This document shows, in pieces, positions 48,635 through 58,922 of a DNA stretch of 64,000 bases (positions are counted from its first letter, which is position 1; each line of letters starts with the position of its first letter). The notes beneath the pieces were generated by a model. The model was not told the origin of the DNA. It was given only the letters and a program-made list of their open reading frames with translations, and did not search any database. Source of the DNA: Thermoproteota archaeon (GTDB lineage: Archaea; Korarchaeota; Korarchaeia; Korarchaeales; Korarchaeaceae); assembly GCA_026986575.1 (NCBI GenBank), contig JALSOH010000004.1, positions 160,001-224,000 of the forward strand. Reading direction: 5' to 3'. A program made the position numbers and the translations under genes.

Positions 48635-50375
48635 GAATTTTATGCCTCCTAATAAGTATGAATGGATGATTCTCATCGAAATCCCTGTATTCTTGACCTG
48701 ATAGAACCGCCTTACCTGTAGCCAACAACTCATCCCTCGAGTTCACAACGAGCACTTCGCTCTTGGGCCTTATCTGGGGATCTGCCCAGTCCACGAACTT
48801 CACGAAGACAGTAGTTCCCCTAGCAACCGTCTCCTCAAACCTCTTCTTCACGCACACCCTTGACCTAGGTGAGGGGAGGAGTTTAATCATCTGCTCCGCC
48901 CCCTGCAGCGTGGGAACGAACATCCCGTCGCTTGGCCTGATGAATCCAAGGGTAATCCCGTCTCTCATCACCTCCCTAGGCATGCCCGTCCTCTTGGACC
49001 TCCTTATTCGGACACCCTCACCGAGCTCTCTCAGGGAAGAGTGGAACTGATAGGAGAGCAAGGATGAGACCAGTTCCTCATCGGAGGGTTCATCCATCAC
49101 GTCCTCCTCATAGGGGAAGACCGTCTGACCGAATGGGTACGCGTACTTCAACCCTAGGGGGACCCTCCCGTAGAGCCTCCTCGTGATGTGCCTCCCAAAC
49201 ACGATGTCCTTGACCCTATCCCGGGCTCTGACCACTTCGGGCCTGAAAAATGTCTCTGGACCCGAGTACAATAGACCTGATGATTTGGAGAAGGGCTCTC
49301 TGATTTCAAGAAGATCTTTCCAATTCTTTAAAACGTATTCGAGCGCCATATACAGCTTGGGGTGGAACCTAGCTCTCTCCTGCACGAGCTCCCACAGCCA
49401 CTCGCCCCTTATGGCCTCCCTCACCTTCCTGATTTCGGCAATCGACACGTATAGGTTGTGTTTCGCTATTAATCGAACCCTCTCCTCTCTAGGAAGCTCT
49501 CTAACCTCCTTTGGGGTATATCTCGTGCATACCGGACATGAACACGGGAACTCGTCGATATCATCCAGCTGAAGAGTTCCGTGAGGGGTCATGTACCTTC
49601 CTTGCTCAGCGTACAACACGTACGCTGCCGAATCGAAGGAATCCGCACCTAGGGCTGCGAAGAAAGCAAAGGTGGAAGGGTGGCCTATCCCCCAGAAGTG
49701 GAAGGGCTTTCCTGACTTGAGGATGGACCTCACGAGCAGAAAGTGCTTGGCTTGTAGGGTGAAATCATATCTCTCTAGAGCAATCTTGAGGGAGCCCACC
49801 CCGTTATATTCGAAATCTAATTCCCTTATTCGTCTGGAGCTGTACTCCACTAGATCGGTGTGGATAGATCCCTGAGGTGTTCCCACCCACAGAGTTCCCT
49901 TCAAATTTTCCCTCAGCTCTGACCACTCCTTCGCGTTCTCCAATGTCCTCATGACTCCTTTTTCCGCCTCTCTCCTGCTGATCTCCGATGACATTGGGAC
50001 GTCCAGTATGGACCCGATGTCCGATCCTATGGCGTGCTGGAACTCCAGTATCTCCCTGTTGGATATCCCGACATCCCCATACCTGTAAATCTGGTAAGCG
50101 CCGGAGTCGGTCATCACGATCCCATCAAATCCCAAGAAGGAGTGGATTCCCCGCTCTAGAGCCCTATCCCTCAATTCTCCTGACTTGTATATTATGTAGG
50201 AATTCGTTATCAGGGACCTAATCCCCATCTCCTTCATTTCCTTGGGAGTTACCACGGGCTTGTTTGGGTTATATACCGGAAAGAACTCCGGCAGAGTAAG
50301 CGTACCGCTCTTGGTCTTGAGGTCAGATAGCCTAGCTGAGGCGTCGCTCTTCCTGACCCTGAAGATCAGATCCAT
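48621..50375 (-). CDS. tgtA: Archaeosine tRNA-guanine(15) transglycosylase
   Basis: MTDSGAYQ, DSFDSAAY, CSCPVC, HNL, C-terminal PUA domain. Confidence 0.95.
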   Translation of the reverse strand: MDLIFRVRKSDASARLSDLKTKSGTLTLPEFFPVYNPNKPVVTPKEMKEMGIRSLITNSYIIYKSGELRDRALERGIHSFLGFDGIVMTDSGAYQIYRYGDVGISNREILEFQHAIGSDIGSILDVPMSSEISRREAEKGVMRTLENAKEWSELRENLKGTLWVGTPQGSIHTDLVEYSSRRIRELDFEYNGVGSLKIALERYDFTLQAKHFLLVRSILKSGKPFHFWGIGHPSTFAFFAALGADSFDSAAYVLYAEQGRYMTPHGTLQLDDIDEFPCSCPVCTRYTPKEVRELPREERVRLIAKHNLYVSIAEIRKVREAIRGEWLWELVQERARFHPKLYMALEYVLKNWKDLLEIREPFSKSSGLLYSGPETFFRPEVVRARDRVKDIVFGRHITRRLYGRVPLGLKYAYPFGQTVFPYEEDVMDEPSDEELVSSLLSYQFHSSLRELGEGVRIRRSKRTGMPREVMRDGITLGFIRPSDGMFVPTLQGAEQMIKLLPSPRSRVCVKKRFEETVARGTTVFVKFVDWADPQIRPKSEVLVVNSRDELLATGKAVLSGQEYRDFDENHPFILIRRHKIPREV

Positions 50376-50431
50376 GAGGAGAGCCCTAAACCCCTTCTCA
50401 CACCAAAATAATAAAAAGGAAGGCTGATGGT

Positions 50432-50674
50432 TCAGGAGATACCATTTCCCTCGCTTTTCAGTAGGTTAAGCCCCTTAGGAGTTATGAAGACTCGCTCCCC
50501 CCTGAACCTCCTCCTCCTCGTAATAAGGCCCTTGTTGGCGAGGTACTTCAGGACAAACTCCCTAGCTACCCTGTCGGGAATAAGTTCAGATGCAACGATA
50601 CCGTCATTTCCCGCTTTCTCTAGTTTACGTAGGATCCTTAAATGCGCATCCATTAGAACCCTCAATTTATTCAC
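50432..50674 (-). CDS. Small winged-helix DNA-binding protein
   Basis: LKYLANKGLI...VFITPKG. Confidence 0.7.
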   Translation of the reverse strand: MNKLRVLMDAHLRILRKLEKAGNDGIVASELIPDRVAREFVLKYLANKGLITRRRRFRGERVFITPKGLNLLKSEGNGIS

Positions 50675-50878
50675 CTTTCGCCGTCATCCGGCATCAGCCG
50701 GAGGGATGACGACGTGGGAGGGCCTGGCCCCCCCCAACTAACACTTAGGTAACATTTCTGTCTATAAAACTTTACCTATCTGCCTTGCCGTTCCACCACT
50801 ATTTACGTCGATTGGTTAAGCGAGATCCCTACGTGAAAACGCTGAAATAGGGTCGGGGTTAGAAGTTCAGGTGCCACT

Positions 50879-52018
50879 ATGGAATGGGATGTCATAATAG
50901 TCGGCGGTGGACCCGCTGGCCTATCCGCAGCGAGGTTTTCCTCTGAACTAGGGCTTAAAACCCTGCTCTTCGAGGCCTATTCTGACATCAAGGCTTGGAA
51001 GCCTTGTGGTGAGGGAGTGAGCAAGGAGACCTTCGAAACCGCTGGGATAGAGCCCAAACCCGGTATAGTTGCAAACGAGCTCAGCATGAGGGTATACGCC
51101 CCATCGGGCAAGTATGTCGAGATCCCGCTCCATGGCTTCGCGATAAACAAGGACCTGTTCCTCCAAGAGATGGGTAAGGAGGCACTAAAGGCAGGTGCCG
51201 AATTCAGGATAGGGGAGAGAGTGGAAGGCGTCGTCAAGGAGGGCGGCAAGGTCATAGGCGTCAAGACCTCTAGGGGTGAGGTGGTCAAGGGGAAGGTAGT
51301 CATAGGTGCGGACGGTTACAACTCGGTTGTCGCCAAGACAGCCGGTCTCGATAACACTACAGAGCTGATCCCCGTTTACCAGTACAAGATGGTCGGTGTG
51401 GAACTGGACTCCCACACAACCGGCCACATATATGTAGGCTCTATGGCTCCCGGGGGATACGCTTGGATATTCCCAAAGGATGAGGAGATAGCCAACGTTG
51501 GTATTGGAGTGCGACCAGGAGCACCCAAGCCCTATCTGGATAAATTCATAAAGGACAGGCCAGAACTCTTCAGAAAAGCCAAGATAATGGGGGTTGGAGG
51601 AGCGGCAGTCCCAATTGGGGGAATGGCTAAGGAGTACATCGCGGACAACCTCATACTCCTAGGAGACGCGGCGGGAATGGTCATTCCTTTCACAGGCGCC
51701 GGTATCCACTCCTCCATAGCTGCAGGCAAGGTGGCTAGCAAGGTCATAAAGGAGGCCATAGATAGGGGAGATACCTCGGCTAGATCCCTCAAAGCCTTCG
51801 AGAAGGAGTACGAACATTGGATAAAGAGAATAAACGATAGTCTGAAGGCTATGAGGGTCTTTGAGAAACTGAGCGATGATGACCTCAACCAACTGGCGGA
51901 TGTACTGGATTACGAGGATGTGATAAACTTGGCAAACGGGATGAATTTGGGTAAAGTGGCCATGAAGCTAATGAAGCATCCGATCCTAGCCACCAAGGTG
52001 GCTAAGGCTCTCCTGTAG
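50879..52018 (+). CDS. Digeranylgeranylglycerophospholipid reductase (GGR)
   Basis: GGGPAG, KPCGEG, GADG, PGGYAWIFP, GDAAG. Confidence 0.92.
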   Translation: MEWDVIIVGGGPAGLSAARFSSELGLKTLLFEAYSDIKAWKPCGEGVSKETFETAGIEPKPGIVANELSMRVYAPSGKYVEIPLHGFAINKDLFLQEMGKEALKAGAEFRIGERVEGVVKEGGKVIGVKTSRGEVVKGKVVIGADGYNSVVAKTAGLDNTTELIPVYQYKMVGVELDSHTTGHIYVGSMAPGGYAWIFPKDEEIANVGIGVRPGAPKPYLDKFIKDRPELFRKAKIMGVGGAAVPIGGMAKEYIADNLILLGDAAGMVIPFTGAGIHSSIAAGKVASKVIKEAIDRGDTSARSLKAFEKEYEHWIKRINDSLKAMRVFEKLSDDDLNQLADVLDYEDVINLANGMNLGKVAMKLMKHPILATKVAKALL

Positions 52019-52029
52019 GAGGTGTCTCT

Positions 52030-52821
52030 TTGCCTATAAAGGAGGGCGACACTGCCCTCCTAGTTGTTTACAGCAAGAAGGGAAGAGCCAAGAAGTTCCT
52101 AGTTAGGATCAAGGAAGGTAAGAGGGTTCACACCCATAAAGGATATGTAGATCTCTCCCTACTGATCGGGAAGGATTGGGGATCGGTTGTTCAAACTAAT
52201 AAGGGCATTCCAGTCGAGGTGCACAGGCCAACACTATCGGATATCATCGAGAAGCTAGGCAGAGCCACCCAGATAATATATCCCAAGGACTCGGGGTTCA
52301 TCCTACTGAAATCAGGGATCAAGCCAGGAGATAAGGTGGTCGAGATAGGAACGGGATCCGGAGCTCTGACCATAGTGCTCGCCACATTTCTGGGTCCCGA
52401 GGGGAAGGTGTATAGCTACGATGTTAGGGAGTCGTCACTCAAGATGGCGGAGAGGAATTTGAAGGCCCTGCAACTGACCAACGTCGTCCTGAAACTGAAG
52501 GACGCGAAGCAAGGGATAGATGAGGAGGACGTGGATGCGGTGTTCGTAGATATACCCGATCCTTGGGAACTCCTCCCTATGATCCACGAGAGGCTGAAGC
52601 CCAACGGCATCTTCATAGCCTTCGTTCCCTCCTGTGAACAGATAAGCAAAACCGTAGTGAGGGCTAGGGAAGTAGGGTTCAGCATGGTGGAGGTTCACGA
52701 GATATTGGATAGGGAGTATGAAAGCGATGAGAGGAGGACCAGGCCCCATCCTAGAATGATAGCGCACACGGGCTTCATAATAATCGGTAGGAAGATTAAT
52801 CCGCCCTCCTCCTCATCCTGA
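52030..52821 (+). CDS. trmI: tRNA (adenine-57/58-N1)-methyltransferase TrmI
   Basis: TQIIYPKD, EIGTGSG, DIPDPW, HTGF. Confidence 0.95.
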   Translation: MPIKEGDTALLVVYSKKGRAKKFLVRIKEGKRVHTHKGYVDLSLLIGKDWGSVVQTNKGIPVEVHRPTLSDIIEKLGRATQIIYPKDSGFILLKSGIKPGDKVVEIGTGSGALTIVLATFLGPEGKVYSYDVRESSLKMAERNLKALQLTNVVLKLKDAKQGIDEEDVDAVFVDIPDPWELLPMIHERLKPNGIFIAFVPSCEQISKTVVRAREVGFSMVEVHEILDREYESDERRTRPHPRMIAHTGFIIIGRKINPPSSSS

Positions 52822-53128
52822 ACACTATCTCGTACTCCCCTGGCTCCAGCTCCGCGACAGCCACCTCCTCGGTGATCGTCCTAGAGAGATCGATTTCCCA
52901 TTCTCCCTCCGATACTTTCCTCAGGAAGGCCTCCTCTATCAGTAATGGGACCCCGCCTTCAGGGGCCTCGCGTTCGACCTCCCCTTCAGGCTCTTCGCTA
53001 ACCCTGTAGACGACGAACTCCAGATCTCTCGAACCGCAGGATGGGCAGATCTCTGGAAGGGTCTCATCCGCCCCCTCCAAATCCTTCCGAAACCCGCAGG
53101 ACCTGCAAACTAACACTACCTTCAACAA
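52796..53128 (-). CDS. Zn-ribbon protein, OapC/DUF2072-like
   Basis: CRSCG..CPSCG, GEWEIDL, PGEYEI; downstream of the GTPase. Confidence 0.7.
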   Translation of the reverse strand: MLKVVLVCRSCGFRKDLEGADETLPEICPSCGSRDLEFVVYRVSEEPEGEVEREAPEGGVPLLIEEAFLRKVSEGEWEIDLSRTITEEVAVAELEPGEYEIVFRMRRRAD

Positions 53129-53394
53129 GGTCCTACACCCGAAATGAGGACGGAGCCCCTCCTCTTAGACAGCCTTACCCCCCCAGGGTGAATGAGATAA
53201 GGACCCCCCTCAGAGAGCTTCTCTATCTCCATCCCAGATGATTCGCCCTCATGTCTAGAGAGTAGGGATTCTAGGGCAGAGACTACCGCCTTAGGATCTA
53301 TAGTCTTCGTTATGACGACACCTCCCTCCATCAAGAGGCTGACCACTTCCTCAACACTATCCTCAGAGAGTTCCTCTAGGAACAGGATGTTCAT
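53122..53394 (-). CDS. OapB/DUF2073-like protein
   Basis: GGVVI...DP...SGMEIE; middle gene of the GTPase triad. Confidence 0.55.
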   Translation of the reverse strand: MNILFLEELSEDSVEEVVSLLMEGGVVITKTIDPKAVVSALESLLSRHEGESSGMEIEKLSEGGPYLIHPGGVRLSKRRGSVLISGVGPC

Positions 53395-54047
53395 CCACTG
53401 GCTACCTCCGCTATGGCCTCATAGAGGCTCTCAATATTGTCTCCCCTTAAAGCCGATATCTTCACGACCAGATCCTCCGAGAAGGCCTTCTCCACCCTGT
53501 TAGGCCTGGAATACGGGAGGTCGATCTTATTAGCCACCACTATGTACGGTATCCCCCTAGCCTTAAGATTTCCAGCTATCACCCAGTTAACTTGCGATGT
53601 TGGATCCTTGGTGGAGTCCAACACTATCAAGGCCACATCAACCCTCTCCATCGACTTTATGGCCTCAACGACTCCCTTAGCCGCCTCAGCAGCTCTCTCC
53701 AGAGCTTCCTCTTTCTTAAAACCGTATCTAAGGAAACTCCTGTAAGTGACCCTCATCGCTATTCCTGGCGTATCAACGACATCCATCACCAAGGAAGAAC
53801 CATTTCTTAACTTGAGGGAGACGTTCTCCATCACGCTGACGGTTCTGGTCTCGTGAGGCACTCTGCTCACGGTCCCGAGCTTCTCCCCCACGAAGTCCAT
53901 ACAGATCTTATTGGCTAGAGTTGTCTTCCCAGAGTTGACAGGGCCATAAATACCCAGTATTATCCTCTTCCTCCTACGGAACAGCCTAGAAAATATCCTA
54001 GAAAGGAATCCGCCACTCTGCTTCGGCTCGACGAGTCTGGCCAGCAT
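53391..54047 (-). CDS. Era-like GTP-binding protein (OapA)
   Basis: GIYGPVNSGKTTLAN, PHETR, DTPG, DPTSQVN, ANKID. Confidence 0.88.
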   Translation of the reverse strand: MLARLVEPKQSGGFLSRIFSRLFRRRKRIILGIYGPVNSGKTTLANKICMDFVGEKLGTVSRVPHETRTVSVMENVSLKLRNGSSLVMDVVDTPGIAMRVTYRSFLRYGFKKEEALERAAEAAKGVVEAIKSMERVDVALIVLDSTKDPTSQVNWVIAGNLKARGIPYIVVANKIDLPYSRPNRVEKAFSEDLVVKISALRGDNIESLYEAIAEVASG

Positions 54048-54122
54048 TTTCCCATATAAACTGGTTCCATTGCCGTTATAAAGGGCCTAACTGGGATGTA
54101 ATGCGCCATAAATATCTAACTC

Positions 54123-55472
54123 CTAGCTCAGCTGGACTATCTCTCCCAGCTTGGGGATATACGTCCTGATTCTCCTCTTCTCCAACTTTCTCCTCAACTG
54201 ACGCATCTTGTCCGGCTCTCCATGGACCAGAATAACTTCTTTCAGCCCGCTCTCGCTCAACTTGGATACGAAATTGATAAGGTTTGGTTGGTCAGCGTGA
54301 GCGGAGAAGTCGGCGAACTTGACATCCGCCTCTATACGTATCGTGCTGCCATCGGGCATGGGTATGTCCCTCTCGCCATCCATCAGCAGTCTGCCCCTAG
54401 TTCCCCTAACTTGGTATCCAGTCAGATAGATCAGGTTTCCCTTCTTCGTCCCGAAGTGCTTTAAGTAGGTGAGAACCGGGCCTCCTTGGAGCATTCCAGA
54501 TGTAGTTACCACTATGAAGGGCTCACTGAGATCCAATATCTCATCCCTGCTCCAGACCTCCTCTATCGCCCTGTGATCGAACAGACCTTTCTTGCTCTCC
54601 CTCACCCTCCTCTGCAGCTCAGGTCTAAGCCAAGACCAGTAAATGGTATAGAATTTGGAGACCTCCCTGATCATGCCATCAACGAATATCGGGACCTCGG
54701 GGAGGAACCCAGACTCCATATAGTGGATGAGCGTCAGAAGAACCTCCTGGGCTCTCCCTAATGCGAAAGCTGGGACGATCGTCACGCCACCGGACTGAAT
54801 CACGGACCTTATGTCCTCAACGAACTTCCTCTCCACCTTCTTCCTAGAGGGGTGGACATCTTGGTCTCCTCCATACGTACTCTCTATCACGAGGTAATTC
54901 ACCTCCGGAAGGTTTACATTTGCGCCCCTGAGCGTCCTAGTATTTGATGTGTTCAGATCTCCCGTGTACAGGAGGGAAATCCCGTCAGGCGATCTCAGGT
55001 ATATCATCGCGGAACCCAGTACATGTCCCGCATTGAATGGGATGACCTCCCAGCCGTCCACTTGAGTGGACATGCCGAATCTGATAGACCTCTCCCTCTT
55101 CTTCAGCAACCCTATATCCTGATTAGTAAAGGGCTTCGGTTCGTCTTCAGGAAATAGATTAAGGAAATCCCTCAGTAGGATCTCGGACACATCTACAGTG
55201 GGAGGGGTAGCTAGGAAGTCGCATTCCCATTTGGATACTACGGCGGGGGCATACCCCGAGTGATCTAGATGAGCATGGGTCAGCACTAGGGAGCTGACAT
55301 CATGCTGAGGATCCAAGGGGAATTTGTCCCTGCCCCTTCCCCCGAAATCAACGCCAGAATCAAGTATGATCGATCCTTCCTTCTCGATCACCTCTAAGCT
55401 GGACCTTCCCACCCTCTCGGCGGCCCCCAAGAACCTGAGCTTAATCCCGCTCGTTCTTACGCACCTCCTCAA
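54123..55472 (-). CDS. Beta-CASP metallo-beta-lactamase ribonuclease (aCPSF-like, no KH domain)
   Basis: THAHLDH, AGHVLG, ESTYG, SGMLQGG, FSAHAD, VHGE. Confidence 0.92.
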   Translation of the reverse strand: MRRCVRTSGIKLRFLGAAERVGRSSLEVIEKEGSIILDSGVDFGGRGRDKFPLDPQHDVSSLVLTHAHLDHSGYAPAVVSKWECDFLATPPTVDVSEILLRDFLNLFPEDEPKPFTNQDIGLLKKRERSIRFGMSTQVDGWEVIPFNAGHVLGSAMIYLRSPDGISLLYTGDLNTSNTRTLRGANVNLPEVNYLVIESTYGGDQDVHPSRKKVERKFVEDIRSVIQSGGVTIVPAFALGRAQEVLLTLIHYMESGFLPEVPIFVDGMIREVSKFYTIYWSWLRPELQRRVRESKKGLFDHRAIEEVWSRDEILDLSEPFIVVTTSGMLQGGPVLTYLKHFGTKKGNLIYLTGYQVRGTRGRLLMDGERDIPMPDGSTIRIEADVKFADFSAHADQPNLINFVSKLSESGLKEVILVHGEPDKMRQLRRKLEKRRIRTYIPKLGEIVQLS

Positions 55473-56826
55473 TTAGTCTTTTAGCTCTCTCAAATTCCAG
55501 ACTGGCTATCTCATGCCCAGCCCCGATATATGTGTTCGGATCTCTCAGGGCCTCAACCTCCTCGGGAGTTAAGAGGCTGCTTATGGTTGGGTCTTCCAAG
55601 GCGATCTTGAATAGGGACTCTCCCCGTTCGTAGGATGCCATCGCTACCCTCCTCACCAGCTCGTGGGACTCCTGTCTTCCTAAACCCTTCTTCACTAGGG
55701 CTATCATCAACCTCTCACTCAGAGCTAGGTCAGAGTACCTTGCGAGGTTCTCTCTTATCCGGTCCTCATTGATCATCAGATTTTTCATCACATCGGTAAG
55801 AGAGATGAATTGCTCTTCCAGCAGCAGGAAAGCTTCGGGCAGAAAACACCTTTCTGCAGAACTATTCGTCAGATCTCTCTCATGCTCGAGCACTATGTTC
55901 TCAAGCGCCGCTATTGCGAGAGATCTCACCACCTTCGCTAGCCCACAGACCTTCTCGCTCTTTATGGGGTTCCTCTTGTGAGGCATGGTGCTGGATCCAA
56001 CCTGAGTGGCGGATTCGAAGTACTCTTGGATCTCTCCTATCTCCGTCCTGTGGAGGTTCCTTATCTCGTTGGCTATGGCATCTAAGGAGGAGGACATTGC
56101 CGATATCGATATGATTAACCGGGCTAACCTATCCCTAGGTACTACCTGAGTGCTTATCTCTGCAGCTTTGAGGCCGAGCCTACCCAACACATCCTCTTGA
56201 AATTTTATGGGATCTTCGACGCCTAGCTCCACAAGCGCGGCCATTGTCCCAACAGCGCCAGCTATCTTGCCGACTGTAGCATCATTTAAGGCCTCTAATA
56301 AGCTTTCCAAACCCTTCCTCACGAAATACGACCACAGCGCGAACTTCATTGAGAGAGGGATCGGGTCCGCTATGACACCGTGCGTCCTACCTAGGGCCAC
56401 TATCCCCTTCTTCTCTACCTCCTCTCCTCTCCTGACGATTTCCTCTAGGAGGTTTACGGCCCTCCTCACGAGCAGAGATCCAGCCTCTCTGATTTGCAGG
56501 GCCATCACCGTATCAAGCACGTCGTTGGAGGTTATCCCGAGGTGCACATGCATTCCGCTCCTCCCCGCCTTCCTAGCCAGCACCCTGACTAGGGCCATCG
56601 TCTCATGCTTCGTGGTCTTTTCTTCCTCCCTCACCTCATCCCAGCTTACGGACTCAGCTGCCCTCCTCACATCCTCGACCGCTTCTCTGGGCACTATCCC
56701 TCTGTCCGCGAGCGCCTCGACTAGGGCGACCTCCACTCGGGCCATGAGCCTCACTCTGTTTTCAGGTTCGAAGACGCGCCTCATCTCGCTTGATCCATAT
56801 CTGTAATCAATCGGATGAACCGGCAT
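55441..56826 (-). CDS. purB: Adenylosuccinate lyase
   Basis: HPIDYRYGS, TSND, GRTH, GSSTMPHKRNP. Confidence 0.96.
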   Translation of the reverse strand: MPVHPIDYRYGSSEMRRVFEPENRVRLMARVEVALVEALADRGIVPREAVEDVRRAAESVSWDEVREEEKTTKHETMALVRVLARKAGRSGMHVHLGITSNDVLDTVMALQIREAGSLLVRRAVNLLEEIVRRGEEVEKKGIVALGRTHGVIADPIPLSMKFALWSYFVRKGLESLLEALNDATVGKIAGAVGTMAALVELGVEDPIKFQEDVLGRLGLKAAEISTQVVPRDRLARLIISISAMSSSLDAIANEIRNLHRTEIGEIQEYFESATQVGSSTMPHKRNPIKSEKVCGLAKVVRSLAIAALENIVLEHERDLTNSSAERCFLPEAFLLLEEQFISLTDVMKNLMINEDRIRENLARYSDLALSERLMIALVKKGLGRQESHELVRRVAMASYERGESLFKIALEDPTISSLLTPEEVEALRDPNTYIGAGHEIASLEFERAKRLIEEVRKNERD

Positions 56827-58918
56827 GGATCATTGACCTCGCCTGTTCTATTATCTCCTTGGACAGGCGCCTTCCTATCCCCGGCAACCTCTCAAGATCC
56901 CTTGGAGTCGCCTCAGCTATATCCTTAACGGTTCTGTACCCTGCCTCAAAGAGGACCTTGGCCCTTATCCTACCCACCCCTCTTATTGAGACGAGTTGGA
57001 GCATCTCCTCCGGTATGCCATATTTCAACCTCATGGACAGGGTGCTCAACCAATCAGCAAGCGTTCTCTTCCTCAATAATCTGGCTATCTCCGAGAAAGC
57101 GTAACAGAGCCAGGCACCTGTCTCAGCCAATCCTCTCAGATCGCCCGGTTCTATTCCAAGTCTCTCCTCGATATCTCCTTCAGCAAAACCCTCAATCCAA
57201 AGTTTCAAGGAGAGAGCAGCCTTGGTAATTTGAAGGAGCTCGTTCATTGAGGAGACGGGGATCTCTTCAATGGGAAGGAGGAGATCCATCCCCTCCAGTA
57301 CCTCCTCCAACAGGGTTCTTCCGCCACGCTGGAGAGAAACCCTCGGCATGTCGGGAACCATTGAGATGAGATGTAGGACGGGTAGCTCTACGGAATCACC
57401 GGAGCTGAATCTACGATCAAGCTCGTCCAAGGATTGGATCATTAGGTGAGCCGACGACGGGTCTACATAGAGCTCAGAGACCCTCTTGCCAACTGGAGTG
57501 GCCTCATAACCGTCATACTCACTCACCAAGAATCCTTCTCTTTCTAGAGACGACAGGACGTAGGGTAAGGATCTCTCTAGGAGCCTACTCCCGCCTTGGA
57601 TGTAAAGGAGTGTCTTCCTAAAGATTTCATATAGATCCGACTTACTCATATATCCCCATGAAGCTACAAGCGCCAAGACGTGGTTCCTGAGCTGAGAGAT
57701 ATCGTAAAGCGACGAGGTTATCGGCTCAGGCTCAGAGGAGAGGTATCTCTTGAAAACTCTCTCGGCATCCCTTTCACTTCCGACGACCACAAAGGCTTCG
57801 CCATAGGGGTCGTATCGGGGTCGACCGGCTCTCCCAACCATCTGCCAGAATTCCATCACCGAAATAGGGGCCATCCTACCCAGTCTCCTGTCGAACCTCC
57901 TGTAGGAGCTTATGATGACGGTCCTAGCCGGTAAGTTCACTCCCGCCGCCAAGGTTGGAGTCGCAGTTATCACCCTGATCTTTCCAAAGCGAAAAGCGTT
58001 TTCTACAGCTTTTCTCAACTCGAAGGGTAATCCAGCATGATGGAAGGCGACCCCCCTCCTCATGAAGAGGGTGAGCTTCTCCACGAGCTTGGAGGAGCTG
58101 TATCCATCCAGACCCCCCTCAACCAACTCTTCTAATTCAACTCCTTCCAGATTCAACTTTGATGATAGCTTCTCAGCCCAAGAGACAGCATCTATCCTCC
58201 TGTTGTAGAATATTATAACTTGGCCGCCGCTCTCCAAGCTCCTCACGACTAGAGGAAGGACTCCCTCCCCGGGCAACGGTTCGATCTCTCCATCCCGAAA
58301 TATCAGGTGTCCAGCGTGATACATTGCCACCCTCAAGGGAACAGGTCTCCAGTTAACTCTTAGAGGAGTAGCACCCAGCCAGGATGCAATTTCCTCCAAG
58401 TTAGTGATGGTCGCGCTGAGAGCAATTCTCCTCGCATCGTCGTTATCGTACATGAACTTGGAGACGGCCATCTCGAGAGTAGGTCCCCTATAGGGATCGC
58501 CGACGTAGTGAACCTCGTCTAGCACTAGGAGGGTCAGCTGCCCTAACCAACCGGCCCCATGCCTCTGAACCGAATCGAACTTCTCATACGTCATCACTAT
58601 GAGATCGTACTGGGCTAGGGGCTCTTCGGACGAGTCGTAGTCACCTATCGAGATCCTTACTCTATGACCGCTGAACACCTGAGAGAACTCCTCGTACTTC
58701 TCATAGGCCAAAGAACGCAAAGGTACTAGGTATAGGACCTTTCCTCCCTTTTCTAGCTCCTCATTCATGACCATCTCTGCTGATAGCGTCTTTCCAGCTG
58801 CCGTGGGGGCGGCTAAAACAAAGTTCCCTTCCTCAAGCAGATTCCCCTCTAGAACCACCCGCTGCGTCGGGTAAAGCTCAGTCACACCCAAGCGATCGAG
58901 AAGATCCTCTAGCCCCAT
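56807..58918 (-). CDS. hel308: Ski2-like DNA helicase Hel308/Hjm
   Basis: APTAAGKT, DEVH, LSAT, HHAGL, TLAAGVNLPA, QMVGRAGR, HhH tail. Confidence 0.95.
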   Translation of the reverse strand: MGLEDLLDRLGVTELYPTQRVVLEGNLLEEGNFVLAAPTAAGKTLSAEMVMNEELEKGGKVLYLVPLRSLAYEKYEEFSQVFSGHRVRISIGDYDSSEEPLAQYDLIVMTYEKFDSVQRHGAGWLGQLTLLVLDEVHYVGDPYRGPTLEMAVSKFMYDNDDARRIALSATITNLEEIASWLGATPLRVNWRPVPLRVAMYHAGHLIFRDGEIEPLPGEGVLPLVVRSLESGGQVIIFYNRRIDAVSWAEKLSSKLNLEGVELEELVEGGLDGYSSSKLVEKLTLFMRRGVAFHHAGLPFELRKAVENAFRFGKIRVITATPTLAAGVNLPARTVIISSYRRFDRRLGRMAPISVMEFWQMVGRAGRPRYDPYGEAFVVVGSERDAERVFKRYLSSEPEPITSSLYDISQLRNHVLALVASWGYMSKSDLYEIFRKTLLYIQGGSRLLERSLPYVLSSLEREGFLVSEYDGYEATPVGKRVSELYVDPSSAHLMIQSLDELDRRFSSGDSVELPVLHLISMVPDMPRVSLQRGGRTLLEEVLEGMDLLLPIEEIPVSSMNELLQITKAALSLKLWIEGFAEGDIEERLGIEPGDLRGLAETGAWLCYAFSEIARLLRKRTLADWLSTLSMRLKYGIPEEMLQLVSIRGVGRIRAKVLFEAGYRTVKDIAEATPRDLERLPGIGRRLSKEIIEQARSMIHAGSSD

Positions 58919-58922
58919 TCTT

